Source: Octopus bimaculoides (taxonomy: Eukaryota). From it: DNA of 64,000 nucleotides. Positions 1 to 12,043 of the stretch are shown here, piece after piece (the first letter of the stretch is position 1; each line of letters opens with the position of its first letter). The notes beneath the pieces were generated by a model that was not told the DNA's origin, did not search any database, and saw only the letters and a list, made by a program, of their open reading frames with translations. The stretch is taken from assembly GCF_001194135.2 (NCBI RefSeq), contig NC_068993.1, positions 32,614,757 to 32,678,756 of the forward strand. Direction: 5' to 3'. The position numbers and the translations under genes are program-made.

Positions 1-571
1 GATTCGATCCACTTTACCCATATTTGAATAGCTAGGCCGAACCAGTCTCCACCACTTAACCCTTTTCTGACCTCTTCTGCTCCATCTAGAATTGAGGTAA
101 ACAAGCTAAATCCTTTGCAGTCACTGCCCTGCTTCATGGCTATATAAACAGGACACTCCAAGAAAACTTCCTCTTTTCTCTTTCTAGTGACCAGTGGTCA
201 CTTGACGTCTCATGGAGAAAGATGCCTGGCTGATCAGCTACAACTTGGCAGAGGGAGAAATAACTTTAGTGTCAGCCACTGTCAGACAACGGCGCCCACA
301 TTATAACCCTACCATCTCTCCCTCTATACAATTACTGTTATAAAAGAAGGAACATACAGATACAGGCCTACATTCTCAACCTTGCATATTTTATATACTA
401 TTACACTGGCCTACCCGTCGTGGTATGGCAACATAGAATGTAACAGCATAAATAAATATTTTCTTATAAAAAATGATCTTCATCGTTCAATTCTATAACC
501 GTTACATATATATATGAATATTAGGTTAGTTAAAACATGTTTCTGATATATTTCAACTGTTAAAGGCATTC

Positions 572-850
572 CATGCTAGCATGGGTTGGACGATTTGACT
601 GAGGACTGGTGAAACCGGATGGCAACACCAGGCTCCAATCTAAATTTGGCAGAGTTTCTACAGCTGGATGCCCTTCCTAACGCCAACCACTCAGAGAGTG
701 TAGTATATATATATCCAGCTGCAGAAACTCTGCCAAATTTAGATTGGAGCCTGGTGTTGCCATCCGGTTTCACCAGTCCTCAGTCAAATCGTCCAACCAA
801 TGGTAGCATGGAAAGCGGACGTTAAACGATGATGATGATGATGATGATGA
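572..850. repeat. Two RTE 3'-end copies in head-to-head arrangement forming a 98-bp hairpin
   Basis: 572-669 is the reverse complement of 713-810 with 3 mismatches; the plus copy ends in (GAT)n. Confidence 0.9.
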
Positions 851-1344
851 TTCAAAACAATTAGAAAGAATACAGAGATTGACACATTTTCTAATTTTTC
901 TTTGAAGTTAACAGTTAATTCTGCAACATACTTAGTTAAAATGATTGACATGTGTTTCTGCTGCATAGAGTATGTGCATTTGCAAATACACCCAGCAATA
1001 TTCTGCTGTGCACCTTTATTCATGGTCTTTCCAAAAGCAAGGTCTGAAGCGGACTCATTTTAACTATTTAATTATACTGTATAATTGACTGTTAAATTAA
1101 AAGAAGAATTTGAAGATGTACCAGTTTCTGTATTCTTTGTATTGTTTTAGATTTACACTCCCAAAAATATTCATAATCCAAAGAAGCAAACTGGAATTTA
1201 CCCATCAGAAGAATTACTGTAGGATTACTCACTGTAAGCAATATTTGGTGCTTCTTACTACTTGATATGTTTAGCCAGAACATGGAATATACCTCAGAGC
1301 TCTTATGGTACCCACCTAGATAATTTATCACTATATTCTTATCG

Positions 1345-1439
<95 letters not shown>

Positions 1440-1747
1440 GTGTATAAAAGAAAAAAATGGGATTAAAAAATCCTGGCAGATATCAATTAAGCAATCAGTA
1501 TAAAGGAACAAGGTTAAATTTCCAACAATCAGATACCAGCAAATGTAAGTAGAATACAAATCCCAAGTAAATTTTCATGCATGGCAAGTTAATCCAACAA
1601 TTCTTTTGTGGAATTTTAAGAAATTCAGAGTATTTAACAACAACAAATAATACGTATGAAGAAAATCATATCATTATTTCAGATCACACCATAAAAATCC
1701 AATTGTTTCAATTGCATTAACATATATACACACACATGCACACATAC

Positions 1748-1795
<48 letters not shown>

Positions 1796-1883
1796 GTATC
1801 TTTAGGGTTTGGTTGACTCCAATACCCTTCATAACCTTTATCATTTGCTATTATTAGCACTTATAACAGGTAACACTTAAATA

Positions 1884-4498
1884 ATGGATAAAGAGTTCCC
1901 TTAAAGACACTCCTATTCCTTCACAAAAAACTTTCACTATACTCCTTCTTGCTAAAACTAAGGACCTCATCCGAAGAATGAGATGGAAGGCTCTCTTCCA
2001 CGATAACCAAAAGTATAGGAATTACTCAGGAAACAACAAATTCAACCTCACATCGTATAAGAATCCTCCACACAATCCACATCTCAAAAAAATTCCAAGC
2101 GGATATGATCGATTTAATCAAAAGTATTAAATTCTCAAAATACAAATCCCCCTTTCAAAAAAGACTATCACATACTATAAAAAGGTTTACTAATTCCCCC
2201 AAATTACACATATTTTCTGATAAAACAGGAAATATGTATCCCATTACCATAGAGGAGTACATTAAATTCATTAGAAACGAGCTCAACCGATCCTACAAGC
2301 TAGCATCAACATCTGCTTTAAATGACATCAACACTATCCACTGCAAATTCATGAGGAAACTACACGTGGACGACAGAACAGAACCATACTGCCCAGCACC
2401 TCAAGGATCATAAGAAGGATTTTATCACAAAACCATCTATACGCCTAATATGCCCTACCAAATCCGACCTCGGAAGGGTCAGCAAAAACATTCTGGACAA
2501 AATAATACCTGTTGTCAAAGAGAAATTAAACGCTAATCTATGGTACCATATTGGGGAGGTCATTACATGGTTTCACACCTTGGATAACAAAAACTCTTTT
2601 TCATTCCTGCAATTTGATATAAACAACTACTATTCCTCTATCTCTCCTAAACTTCTAAATAAGGCTATTCTTTTTGCTAGGAATTTTACTAGCATAACCC
2701 CACTAGAAATCAACATAATACTTAATGCACGCAAAACACTTATATCCTTTGAAAACAAACTCTGGTGCCGAGCTAACCAACATAATAATAACTGTAACAA
2801 CTTATTCGATGTAACCATGGGATCATCCGATTCCGCTCAGGCCACTGATTTAGTTGGGTTGTATATACTTCACCAATTGCGCTCACATTTCCCTAATATC
2901 CACGGAGGTCTATATAGGGACGACGCCTTATTACTTACCAAGGCCATTAATAAATCTTCTCTGGAAAGGACTAGAAAAGATCTACACAAATTCTTCTCTA
3001 ATCTAAATCTATCCATCACATTTGAAAACGCATATAAAACAGCTAATTTTGTAGACGTTACTCTAAACTTATCAAACTCACAATACTCCCCCTATCATAA
3101 ACCTAACCAATACCTGAAATACCTCAATGTTCACTCCAATCACCACAGATCTACTTTCGATAACATAGTCATGGGTATTTCAACACGCATATCTGATCTA
3201 TCCTCTTCTGAGGAAATCTTCAACAATCACGCTCCATACTACAATCAAGCTCTCGCCGCTAGTAGTTTCTCCTAACAAATAAAATACATCCATAACACCA
3301 AACTTAAACAACTTATATCCCAAATCACATCCCAAAGACATACCAATCATCACAACCGCAACCAACCACCCACATTTTCCAACAGACCCCACAAACACAC
3401 TTATAACACTAAGGATAAATCTAAGATAAATAAAGCAATTAGCAACACCAAAAATGTGGACAACTCCTCTCCACCTAAATACTTAGATTCCAAAGTACAC
3501 AGAACCCCCCAAAAAAGTGGTGGCCACTCTATACTGTGGTACACCCCTCCATTCTCACTTAACACTAGGAACTTAGCTAAATCTTTCTTCAAAATACTTG
3601 ACTCTAACTTCCCCCGACAGCATAAATACCATTCTATATTTAACAGATCCACTTTGAAATTATCTTATTCAACCACACCTAACTTCGAATCTATTATAGC
3701 GACTTCTCATAAACAAACTCTCACTCTATTATCAAAACTCACACAACTATAACTATGGTAATACTAGCACTCAGTGCATGCATATACCCAACATAGGCAT
3801 TCATATACGTGCATCTAACACTGACACTCGTGCACTTGAACACGACTATAATAGATCCCAGCCCACTAGTATACCCGGTAATAATACTACCATATCCTAT
3901 AATAATAACAATGGAGGGAATAATAACTATAACAGTAATAATTCCATTGATCTAGATTCTTCTACATCCTCCAACAATGTTGCCTCATCCACCACAGAAC
4001 ACAACCCCCAAGTTTCATCTATTTGTAACTATCGCTCCGGGACAATCTGCCCGCAATAAAACGCATTGCGTAAGATATAACGTAATATATAAATGCACTG
4101 TAACCAATCTGCTACATAACTCTACAACTGCATACATAGGTTCAACTAAGAATTTCAAGCAACGCTATGCAGCCCACCTTCACTCTTTTAGATATGACAA
4201 ACACAGCAAATCTACAACACTAGCCAACCACATTCACCACCTCAAAAACACAAATACCCAGTATACTATAAAATGGTCCATTCTGGACTCTGGAATTCCA
4301 TACCAGGGCCAGCGCTCTAATTGCAAGCTTTGCTTAAAGGAGGCGTTCCATATTTTAAAATACAATTCTCCCACTCTACTTAATCGATATAACGAAGCAC
4401 TTAGCACCTGTAATCACCGTTTTTTCCATACATTCAAATTCTATCACAGACACAAATGCACAAATGACCACACAACATACTCATACAACTCCCTATAG
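1884..4498 (+). pseudogene. PLE RT-GIY-YIG ORF with frameshifts and stops
   Basis: Fragments read SLKDTPIPS...RRMRWKA, LKDHK...RLICPTKS, FDINNYYSSI, DVTMGS, GLYRDD, ILWYTPPFS, VIYKCTV...YIGST, CKLCLKE, LLNRYNE. Frame breaks near 1897, 2090, 2395 and 4055; TAA at 3273 and 3750. Confidence 0.9.
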
Positions 4499-5169
4499 GT
4501 AACCAACTCGAATTAGCAAACTTGGTCCCCCTTCTACTATCTTTAGAATAGGTTTAACTCTATTTTTAGAATATATCACTACTAACTCTATTCTCTTATT
4601 TTACTTCCTTTCTTTATACTGTTCTTCGAAAGCCACCAACACCATTACCACCTACAGGTTCCTTCATAGCCTGACACTATACACAATTATAAATACCTCT
4701 CCACATTACCTCCCCACATTCCTTCTTTCTTTACTAAACTTATGCTTCCACCCCCACATTCTTCCTTTTGCTCCCTCTCCTTCTTCTTTCCTTCTTGTTA
4801 GTATAACTGACCGTACGACTGCTTACTACTATCTACCATATTTCTCACTTGAATTACTTCTTTCCCCCCTTCCTTCCTGTCTTAAGGCTTGACCTATTAA
4901 TCCTACACACATCTCTCACTCGATTCGGGCTATCCTTTGAGTAAACAACACACAGAATACTCTGAATACGACATGATATATATCCACCTTTGCTACTACA
5001 ATTATCTCCGGAAAATACCCACAAGGATTCTTTACATGGATGTTTACTGCTGGAATGGAACTATACTCCAAGTACTGTTTCTTCTTTGTTCTTTCTTCTG
5101 CGCATCGCTCTCACGTCTTACTACAACTCTCCTCTTATAGATGCAATAATCTATTCCTCTACTATTACC

Positions 5170-5218
5170 GTCTCCGATGAAGGGATATATTGGATTTTCC
5201 CTGAAACAGCTGTAAGAC
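5170..5218 (+). ncRNA. Type I minimal hammerhead ribozyme (core variant CCGAUGA)
   Basis: Stem I gtct/agac, core c-c-gatga, stem II aggga/tccct, GAAA, palindromic stem III cAGCTg, cleavage triplet GTA at 5212-5214. Confidence 0.8.
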
Positions 5219-6056
5219 TTTATACATAAAATATAATTCTAACTTTGCCATTGATCTCTTTATCCTTTTCTTTCTTTATACATACACACGCTAATACACA
5301 ACCTATGTTATATTCCCCACTCATGTTGCTACAATGACAGGGGCAAAAATTAGTCGGTATACAGCACTTACTCGGTATTACCTATATCTTTAGGGTTTGG
5401 TTGACTCCAATACCCTTCTTAACCTTTATTATAGATATATATATATATACATATAGCATTTATTAACAGCTAAAATTTTTTCAGATGTTCAATTGGAATT
5501 GCAGCAATTTGGATTACTTTGATAATGTGTGTGTATGTTAATGCAATTGAAACAATTGTTGGATTTTTAAGCTGTGATCTAAAATAAAGATATGATTTTC
5601 TTTGTACATATTTGTTGTTATATATTATATATAGACAGACAGACAGACAGACATTTACATTTACATGACTCAACAAGGTGAGGTACCTTTGAACATTGGT
5701 CTGCTCAGTTAACATTTATACACTCATATCATAAAATGATTATAAAATTTATTTCACAATTAAGGTCTCAAGTTCAATCCCACTTTGAAGCTGTATGCAA
5801 CTGAATTTGCAGTTTAATAATTGTGTTTGTATGAAACTCAATTTTTGAGTCATTTATGTAGCTTCTGAGCTATAATTAAATTATATATTCGTGTGTGTGT
5901 GTGTGTGTGTTCAACAAAATCTTTATAAACTAGAAATCCTTAAACAAGTATTACCTTTACCAAGATTAGAATCCCTATGAAGGACAATCATACAATATCA
6001 ATGTGTGTGTCTGCACATGGCTGACTTCTTAATACATTTTATAGATAGATAGATAG

Positions 6057-6182
6057 TGTATCAAGAACAAGCCAGCCATGTGGATGAACCTGTTAATCAT
6101 GAGTGAAAAATTACAGGAACAAGGAAAGTGGAATAAAATTCTAGAAGCAAAGATCAATCATGCATATCAGACTTGTCAACAG
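6057..6182 (+). CDS. Putative exon of an unidentified gene (CIKNKPAMWMNLLIMSEKLQEQGKWNKILEAKINHAYQTCQQ)
   Basis: Open frame from tag| at 6056 to CAG|gtgctc, phase 0; the acceptor is ambiguous (GATA repeats, alternative cag at 6116). No homolog recognised. Confidence 0.3.
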
Positions 6183-6357
6183 GTGCTCTACACTCCTCTG
6201 TGGAATACACAGATACACCATACACACCCTCTCTGTTTATTTATCTCTAAACAATGTGTTTGGAACATGAGATTAAGAATGAGTTGGTTTTTATAATTGT
6301 CTTGCAATAAATTTTTATCTTTGCCTTTGATGTTAACCATTTCTTTCCTTATCTAAG

Positions 6358-6640
6358 GAGTCTGAAATTCCAGGAAGCCAACAGGTACTAGGATGGTGTT
6401 ACAGAATTTTTTGTTGCAGCAAAGATTTACCAATAAATCAAGCACCTGTTGAAACTATTTCCCATTCAAAACTAATTCTCAATAAAGACATAAACAATAG
6501 TAGCATGATGATGATGGCGGTGGCAATGGCATTAGCAGTGGTGGTGTCCGTTATTAATGGACCAAGTGAAACAGTGGAATCCAGAGGAAGCAAGGAATGG
6601 TCTGCCATAAGTAAGTACAAAAAGTTCACAGAGTTGTATG
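6358..6640 (+). CDS. Putative exon of an unidentified gene (ESEIPGSQQVLGWCYRIFCCSKDLP...MMMMAVAMALAVVVSVINGP...KKFTELY)
   Basis: Frame open from 6337 to 6654; pyrimidine-rich acceptor ttctttccttatctaag|, donor TATG|gtatgt; phase compatible with 6057-6182. Confidence 0.4.
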
Positions 6641-8598
6641 GTATGTTAGTTTAATGTGAGGAAGAGGAGGGGGAATATTTCAGACATAGCTCTTCAAAAA
6701 ATGGAATATGAAATTCCTACCAAAACTAAATTATATGAAATAGAGTTGTAGATAAACTGAAGCAGTTGGTGGGAGAAAGATTTGGTTGTTTTTATTGTCA
6801 TAGAAAGAATTAGTTTTGGGAGTGGTGGAGGAAATGGTAGTGACAGTGTGAGAGGGAAGTGATAAAGTTAGGAATTGGGCAAGAGGTGACTTTAGGGTCT
6901 AAAACTAATATATAGTGACTTCTCTGTTCTCCTCTAAATATATACCTCATGCAACATTTATTACCTAACATTTGGTCAAATACTTCTGGTGAATTATAGT
7001 TCCATGGTTCTGATTATCACATTCCAGATATTATGTGCTTGTACGAATGATTATAAGTTCAAATCATGAAAATGAAGTTTCAACCACCATCATACTTCAT
7101 GAAGTTAGGAAAGAAATCTAATTAATTATGATAATTATGCATTGAGGAGAAGGAAACAATATTTTATTAGTTTGAAGTTGGTAACAAATCTAGGCACGTT
7201 TCTGTCTTGTAAGACCTCCTGCGAAAAGTAAAACCTTTTCTGTATTTACCAGATTAGTGATGCAAATAATAATTGATGTCTAACAATGTCCACCAGTTAT
7301 AGGTAATGCTCTCAATCATTACTACTACTTATCAAAATTTCTATTCTGTGCATCCATGAAAAACTGCTTGCTTCAATCCACCTGAATAACAAAATGAGTC
7401 ATTTTCTATGCTGTTAATCCAATCTCTCTTGAATTTTCTGTTCATATTCATGTGTTTGACAGAAGGTGACAGAAACCTAGTTCTACTCAAAATAGAATAC
7501 CTGAAGATAATCAGCGAAGATTGAAACAAACTAGCATAAAACAAAATAAGGACTATAGTCTGGAAAATGATTATTGTTACAACTGGCACCATTGTGAACA
7601 GTTGGTGGTAGGAAGGACTGTGTAAAAATACTTCCAACACTTACCATTTCTAAAAAAATTTCATACCAAATAGTCTTTGATTAATTTTGTTTATGAGTTC
7701 AACCTTTACTGAGGTATTGTATTATGTCAAGGCATTCTTTGGTTTATCTGTATTGAGAATGTGTCTCACGTCATCATGAATATTGAAGTAGACAGTTATT
7801 ATAGTTTAATCAGAGTTAATTCTGATTAAGCAGGGGATTACGTGTCATTTTCTTGTTTAAACAGCAGGGTTTAGTTTGAAGGAGATGTGGCTGCTATTTC
7901 TACCAGTTCAACCACATAGGTATTTCTTTGTTGGCTCATTGTGAATATAGTAGTATCAGTCAGTCCAAGGTCACACAGATGAACAGTGGATGGAATAAAC
8001 CCAGCACAAGGCCAAGTTTATTCCATATTTTATATTATGCTCATATTTTATCATCTCACTAATGAATGATATAATTATTGCTTTCACATTTTGGCACAAG
8101 GCCAGCAATTTTGGGATGGGGTAAGTCAATTACATCAACTCCAGTGCTCAACTAGTACCTATTTTATTGATTCCAAAAGGAGGAAAGGCAAAGTGGACTT
8201 CAGCAAAATTTGAAATCAGAACATGAAGATAGATGAAATGCTGCCAAGCATTTCACCTGGCATGCTAACGATTTTGCCTGCTCATCGAATGGTAAAATAT
8301 TTAAAAGTCAACTTTTAAAAATTGAACTTAGAACATCTGTACAATGTTTACCCCAGCTCTCCACACTTTCTGTCATTGATTTACAAAGTAAATTTTGATA
8401 ATAGGAAAAAAAAAAAGTTCCAACTGCCTCAGTTTATAAGTCAAAGGGAGATAAGTTTTTTCCCAGTATTTGTTAAGAATAGACATGTATATGTGTAGAA
8501 GTATTATACAGCTGAAATAATTATTGATGTATAAAGGAACCAACTGAAACATTTGTATTCTATGTAAGTTGGACCTATTAATATGAATATCTATATAT

Positions 8599-8768
8599 TT
8601 ATTTACATTTGACGGATATTTGTCCTCATCTTGTTTTCTCCAAGACACCTGATGAAGGCTGGAGGGTGTATATCAGCTGAAACATGTTAACAACAAACAA
8701 GATGAGGACAAATATCCGTCAAATGTAAATAATGAACATAATTCCTCATCTCTTAAATATAGAACTGT
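8599..8768 (+). mobile_element. Short non-autonomous Penelope-like element / solo pLTR with a 5' inverted segment
   Basis: Perfect 38-bp inverted repeat (8599-8636 / 8695-8732) enclosing a hammerhead core; ends in TA-rich sequence. Confidence 0.6.
8645..8690 (+). ncRNA. Hammerhead ribozyme remnant
   Basis: acac-CTGATGA (8649-8655), stem II aggctg/cagct, GAAAC (8679-8683); stems III and I partly degraded. Confidence 0.6.
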
Positions 8769-9080
8769 ATATATTTATACTTAAAAATTCATCATCTGAA
8801 AGTCTCCACCTTTTGCTTTCCCTTGTTTTGCATGTATACATATATACATCTTTCAAATTAATATATTTAGTATATTTAATGTGTCTAATTTGCTTATCTG
8901 CATAATTACCTCTATACCTGCTCAACGTGATCCCTTTTATAGCCTTTCTTTACCTTGTGGAATAGATCCCCTGTAAAGACATCAGAGTCTAAGTTTGAAT
9001 CTTTTGAGCACTACTAAGTGTCTTCTATACAGAGAAACTCTGGATCTCATCTGTGAACTACATACAGATATATTTATGTA

Positions 9081-9345
9081 CATCATTATCATCATCGTTT
9101 AACATCTGTTTTCCAATCTGGCATGGGTTGGACGGTTCGACTGGGGTCTGGGAAGCCAGGAGGCTGCACCAGGCTCCAATCTGATCTGACAGTGTTTCTA
9201 CAGCTGGATGCCCTTCCTAACTCCAACCACTCCAAGAGTGTAATGGGTGCTTTTTACGTACCACCGGCATGGAAGCCAGTCAAAGCGGCACTGGCATTGG
9301 CCATGTTCGGATGGCGCTTTTTATGTGCTACCGGCACAGGGCTCT
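9081..9345 (-). repeat. RTE 3'-end copy
   Basis: Similar to the 3' UTR of the RTE at 38873-39474; (ATC)n tail at the low end. Confidence 0.8.
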
Positions 9346-9363
9346 CATATATATACATATATA

Positions 9364-9400
<37 letters not shown>

Positions 9401-9553
9401 NNNNNNNNNNGCTCAGGTCATATAAAAATAGATTTAATATTTACCCATCATAGAAACAGCTGTAAGTGAAGATGATTAATTTGCTGTTGATAATAATTAT
9501 TAACTTCCCAATCTCCATTTCTTTTTTTCTTCTTTTATATGAATATAAACTAT

Positions 9554-9589
<36 letters not shown>

Positions 9590-10654
9590 ATTATCCTAAG
9601 GAAATGAATTCCTCCAAAATACTAGGTATTGAACCAGCATTTCCTTGGATGAAACCATCCCTTCATTGGATTAACACAACCTCTAATCGGATTATATATA
9701 TGTATAGCAGTATCAGTGCCATGCAATGTTTAGGCATAAGCAATCTTTAAGTTAGTTAAAATATATTTGTGATATATTTCAACTTCTAAAAGCAAATTCA
9801 CTGCAGTTATCGTGGAAAAAAATTCTCTCATATGGTAAAAAGTGTAAAAACATCATATCTGCCCAGTGTTGCCTTTTATTGGCTTCCCAAAAGCTGCATT
9901 TCTAGCTCTTTAGCTGTTATCAATGGGAAATACCAAAATACATATACTTAGGGTTTGGCAAAAGAGACCAATAGAATAAGTACCAGGAGTAAAAAAAAAA
10001 TATATATATATTGGGGTCAGATGATGCCCCTGCATGGCCACAGTCCAATGACTAAAACAAGTATAAGATTAAAAAAAAAATGTATTCCACTTAGAGAGAT
10101 AAAAGACAAAGTCAAACTCAGTAGAGAAAGAGTCCAAGTCCTTTTCAAGAGTGGACTTCAAAGAGGGACCAAAGCTAAATCCTGTTGGCCGTTCTATCAG
10201 ACTTACAGCAAAATAAGGATTTCTAACATTTAACAACTAGAAATTTGTTATAGAACATGTATTATTGAACAAACAGAGTCAACTCTCACCCATCATAGAA
10301 ACCTGTTATTTGTTTTATAGGTCCCTTGAGGGGATGAAGGGTGCAAAGATGATCAGAGTGAGATTTGAACAAGGAATTAAGAGACAGGAAAAAAATGGAA
10401 GTGATATATTGATTTCAAATTTTGGTACAAGGCCAGCAATTATGGAGAAGTGGCTAAGTTGATTCCATCAACTCCACTACTCAACTAGTACTTATTTTAT
10501 TGACTCTGAAAGGGGAAGACAGACAAAATGCTTAGCAGCATTTTGTCTGGTGTGCTAACAATTCTGGCAGTTTGCCACCTTAAATGGAAGTAAAATATTG
10601 CTCAGCATTTACGCTGATTGCTTATCATTACATGCAGCACAGAAAAGCTGTAGA

Positions 10655-10815
10655 AGTGGCTAGGCCTGCTAGAAATAGCAACTGAATTTCCCTCAACTCA
10701 CACCTTGCTGTCTTGCCGAAGAGACATTGATAATGTAGTCCTATATGCAAGATGTCTGGGGGGAAATCTGGACCCCCTTTGACCAGAGATCTGACCTGAG
10801 AGTTAACAACATCAC
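10655..10815 (+). repeat. Dispersed repeat family C (ctgctagaaatagcagccaaat...gacacattgataatgtagtcc)
   Basis: Related segments at ~24190-24350, 36880-36990 and 48980-49130; reverse copies at ~25540-25700 and 35380-35550. Class not determined. Confidence 0.55.
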
Positions 10816-11895
10816 ATTATAAAAATAAAAGAAACAACAAAAGAATATATTTATTATTGTCATTTTTTATTTTGTTTTATATCATTTGAAACGTAGATAA
10901 AATATCCAACATGAAGTGAAGGCTGGCCCTTAATTACAATGTAATATCAAACTGACCACAAAAATGTCATCTATGTACAAGTCTTTACATTGTCTTTGTA
11001 CTATAATGGTGTGATTTGAGATAAACTACTGTATTTACATCTACTGAATGATTCTTTTAAAACAATGATCTCTAATTTAGGACACAAAGCCACAAATATA
11101 TTTCTTTTTAACAAGAGGTGTAATTAATTTAATCAACCTCAACCCCACCCTACATATACTTTGTAACTTTATAAAGGGGGAGGGAATAATGGCAGGCAAA
11201 ATCAACTTCGGCAGGATTTGAAGTACACAGAGGGATATAATAACCATAAGGTATTTAGTATGATCTCAGTAGGATTTGAACTCAGAATGGCAAGAACCAT
11301 AACTAAATACCCCCAGGCATTTTATGAAATACTCCAATCATTCTGTCAATTCAATCTGCTGCCCTTGTAATAGTAATTGTTTTTAATTTGGGTACAAGGC
11401 CTGAAATTTGGAGGGGAGGGGTTTGTTAATTACATTGACCCCAGTATTTGACTAGTACTTTGTTTTATTGAAGGATGAAAGGCAAAGTTGACCTTGGCAG
11501 GATTTGAGCTCAGAACAACTACCACTCCAATGATTTTGCCAATCCACCACCTTTGTGATGATAATAATAATCCTTTCTACTACAGGCACAAGGCCTGATA
11601 TTTGGGGGGAGGGGGGCTAATTGATTACATCAATCTCAGTACACAACTGATACTTGTTTCATCAACCCCAGAGATGAAAAGCAAGGTTGACCTTGACAAG
11701 ATTTGAACTAAGTACGTAAAATGTCAACAAAAACTGCAAGGCAATTTTCAATGCTCTAATTATGCTGTCCTAATGATGATGATGATGATGATGTGGTGGT
11801 GGTGGTATTTTTACATTGGCACAAGATCACGTCACATAGGGGCTTAGTCACCCAAATTGGCTCCTAGCATGTTACTGGTATTCATTTTTTCTTAC

Positions 11896-12043
11896 CAAAT
11901 TCCTCTTCTTGAGGAATGTATTGGGGAGGCAAAAATCCACCTTCATTTCATTTCCATCATTTTCAATTACGCAAAACAGAACAAACAAGGAGGGGGGAAT
12001 CTGACATGAAATAATGTTTTGGAAGTAATTATTGCAAACGACC
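11896..12043 (-). CDS. Putative exon of an unidentified gene (VVCNNYFQNIISCQIPPSLFVLFCVIENDGNEMKVDFCLPNTFLKKRNL)
   Basis: ttccatgtag| acceptor and TTG|gtaaga donor; only one of three frames is open across the 148 nt. No homolog recognised. Confidence 0.3.

Larger units (their letters stand above)
1791..5431 (+). mobile_element. Penelope-like retroelement (tentatively Naiad-like), near full length, inactivated
   Basis: RT plus C-terminal GIY-YIG; 51-bp direct repeat at both ends (1791-1841 and 5379-5429); hammerhead in the 3' region; (TA)n on both sides. Confidence 0.92.

Noticed and set aside
1-506. Possible LTR (TATA-like motif at ~141, AATAAA at ~451, ends TTACA before TA)
   Set aside because: The 5' end is outside the window and there is no partner or internal domain, so support is insufficient.
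929-1317. Minus-strand two-exon model (GGYHKSSEV...ILLM/DLAFGKTMNKG...IILTK)
   Set aside because: It can be joined in phase but needs weak sites and skips a stronger donor; competing plus-strand frames are equally plausible and no homolog was recognised.
1884-5170. Selenoprotein-type recoding (in-frame UGA plus SECIS) reported for some Naiad PLEs
   Set aside because: The interruptions I found are frameshifts and TAA, not in-frame TGA; no SECIS could be supported by eye.
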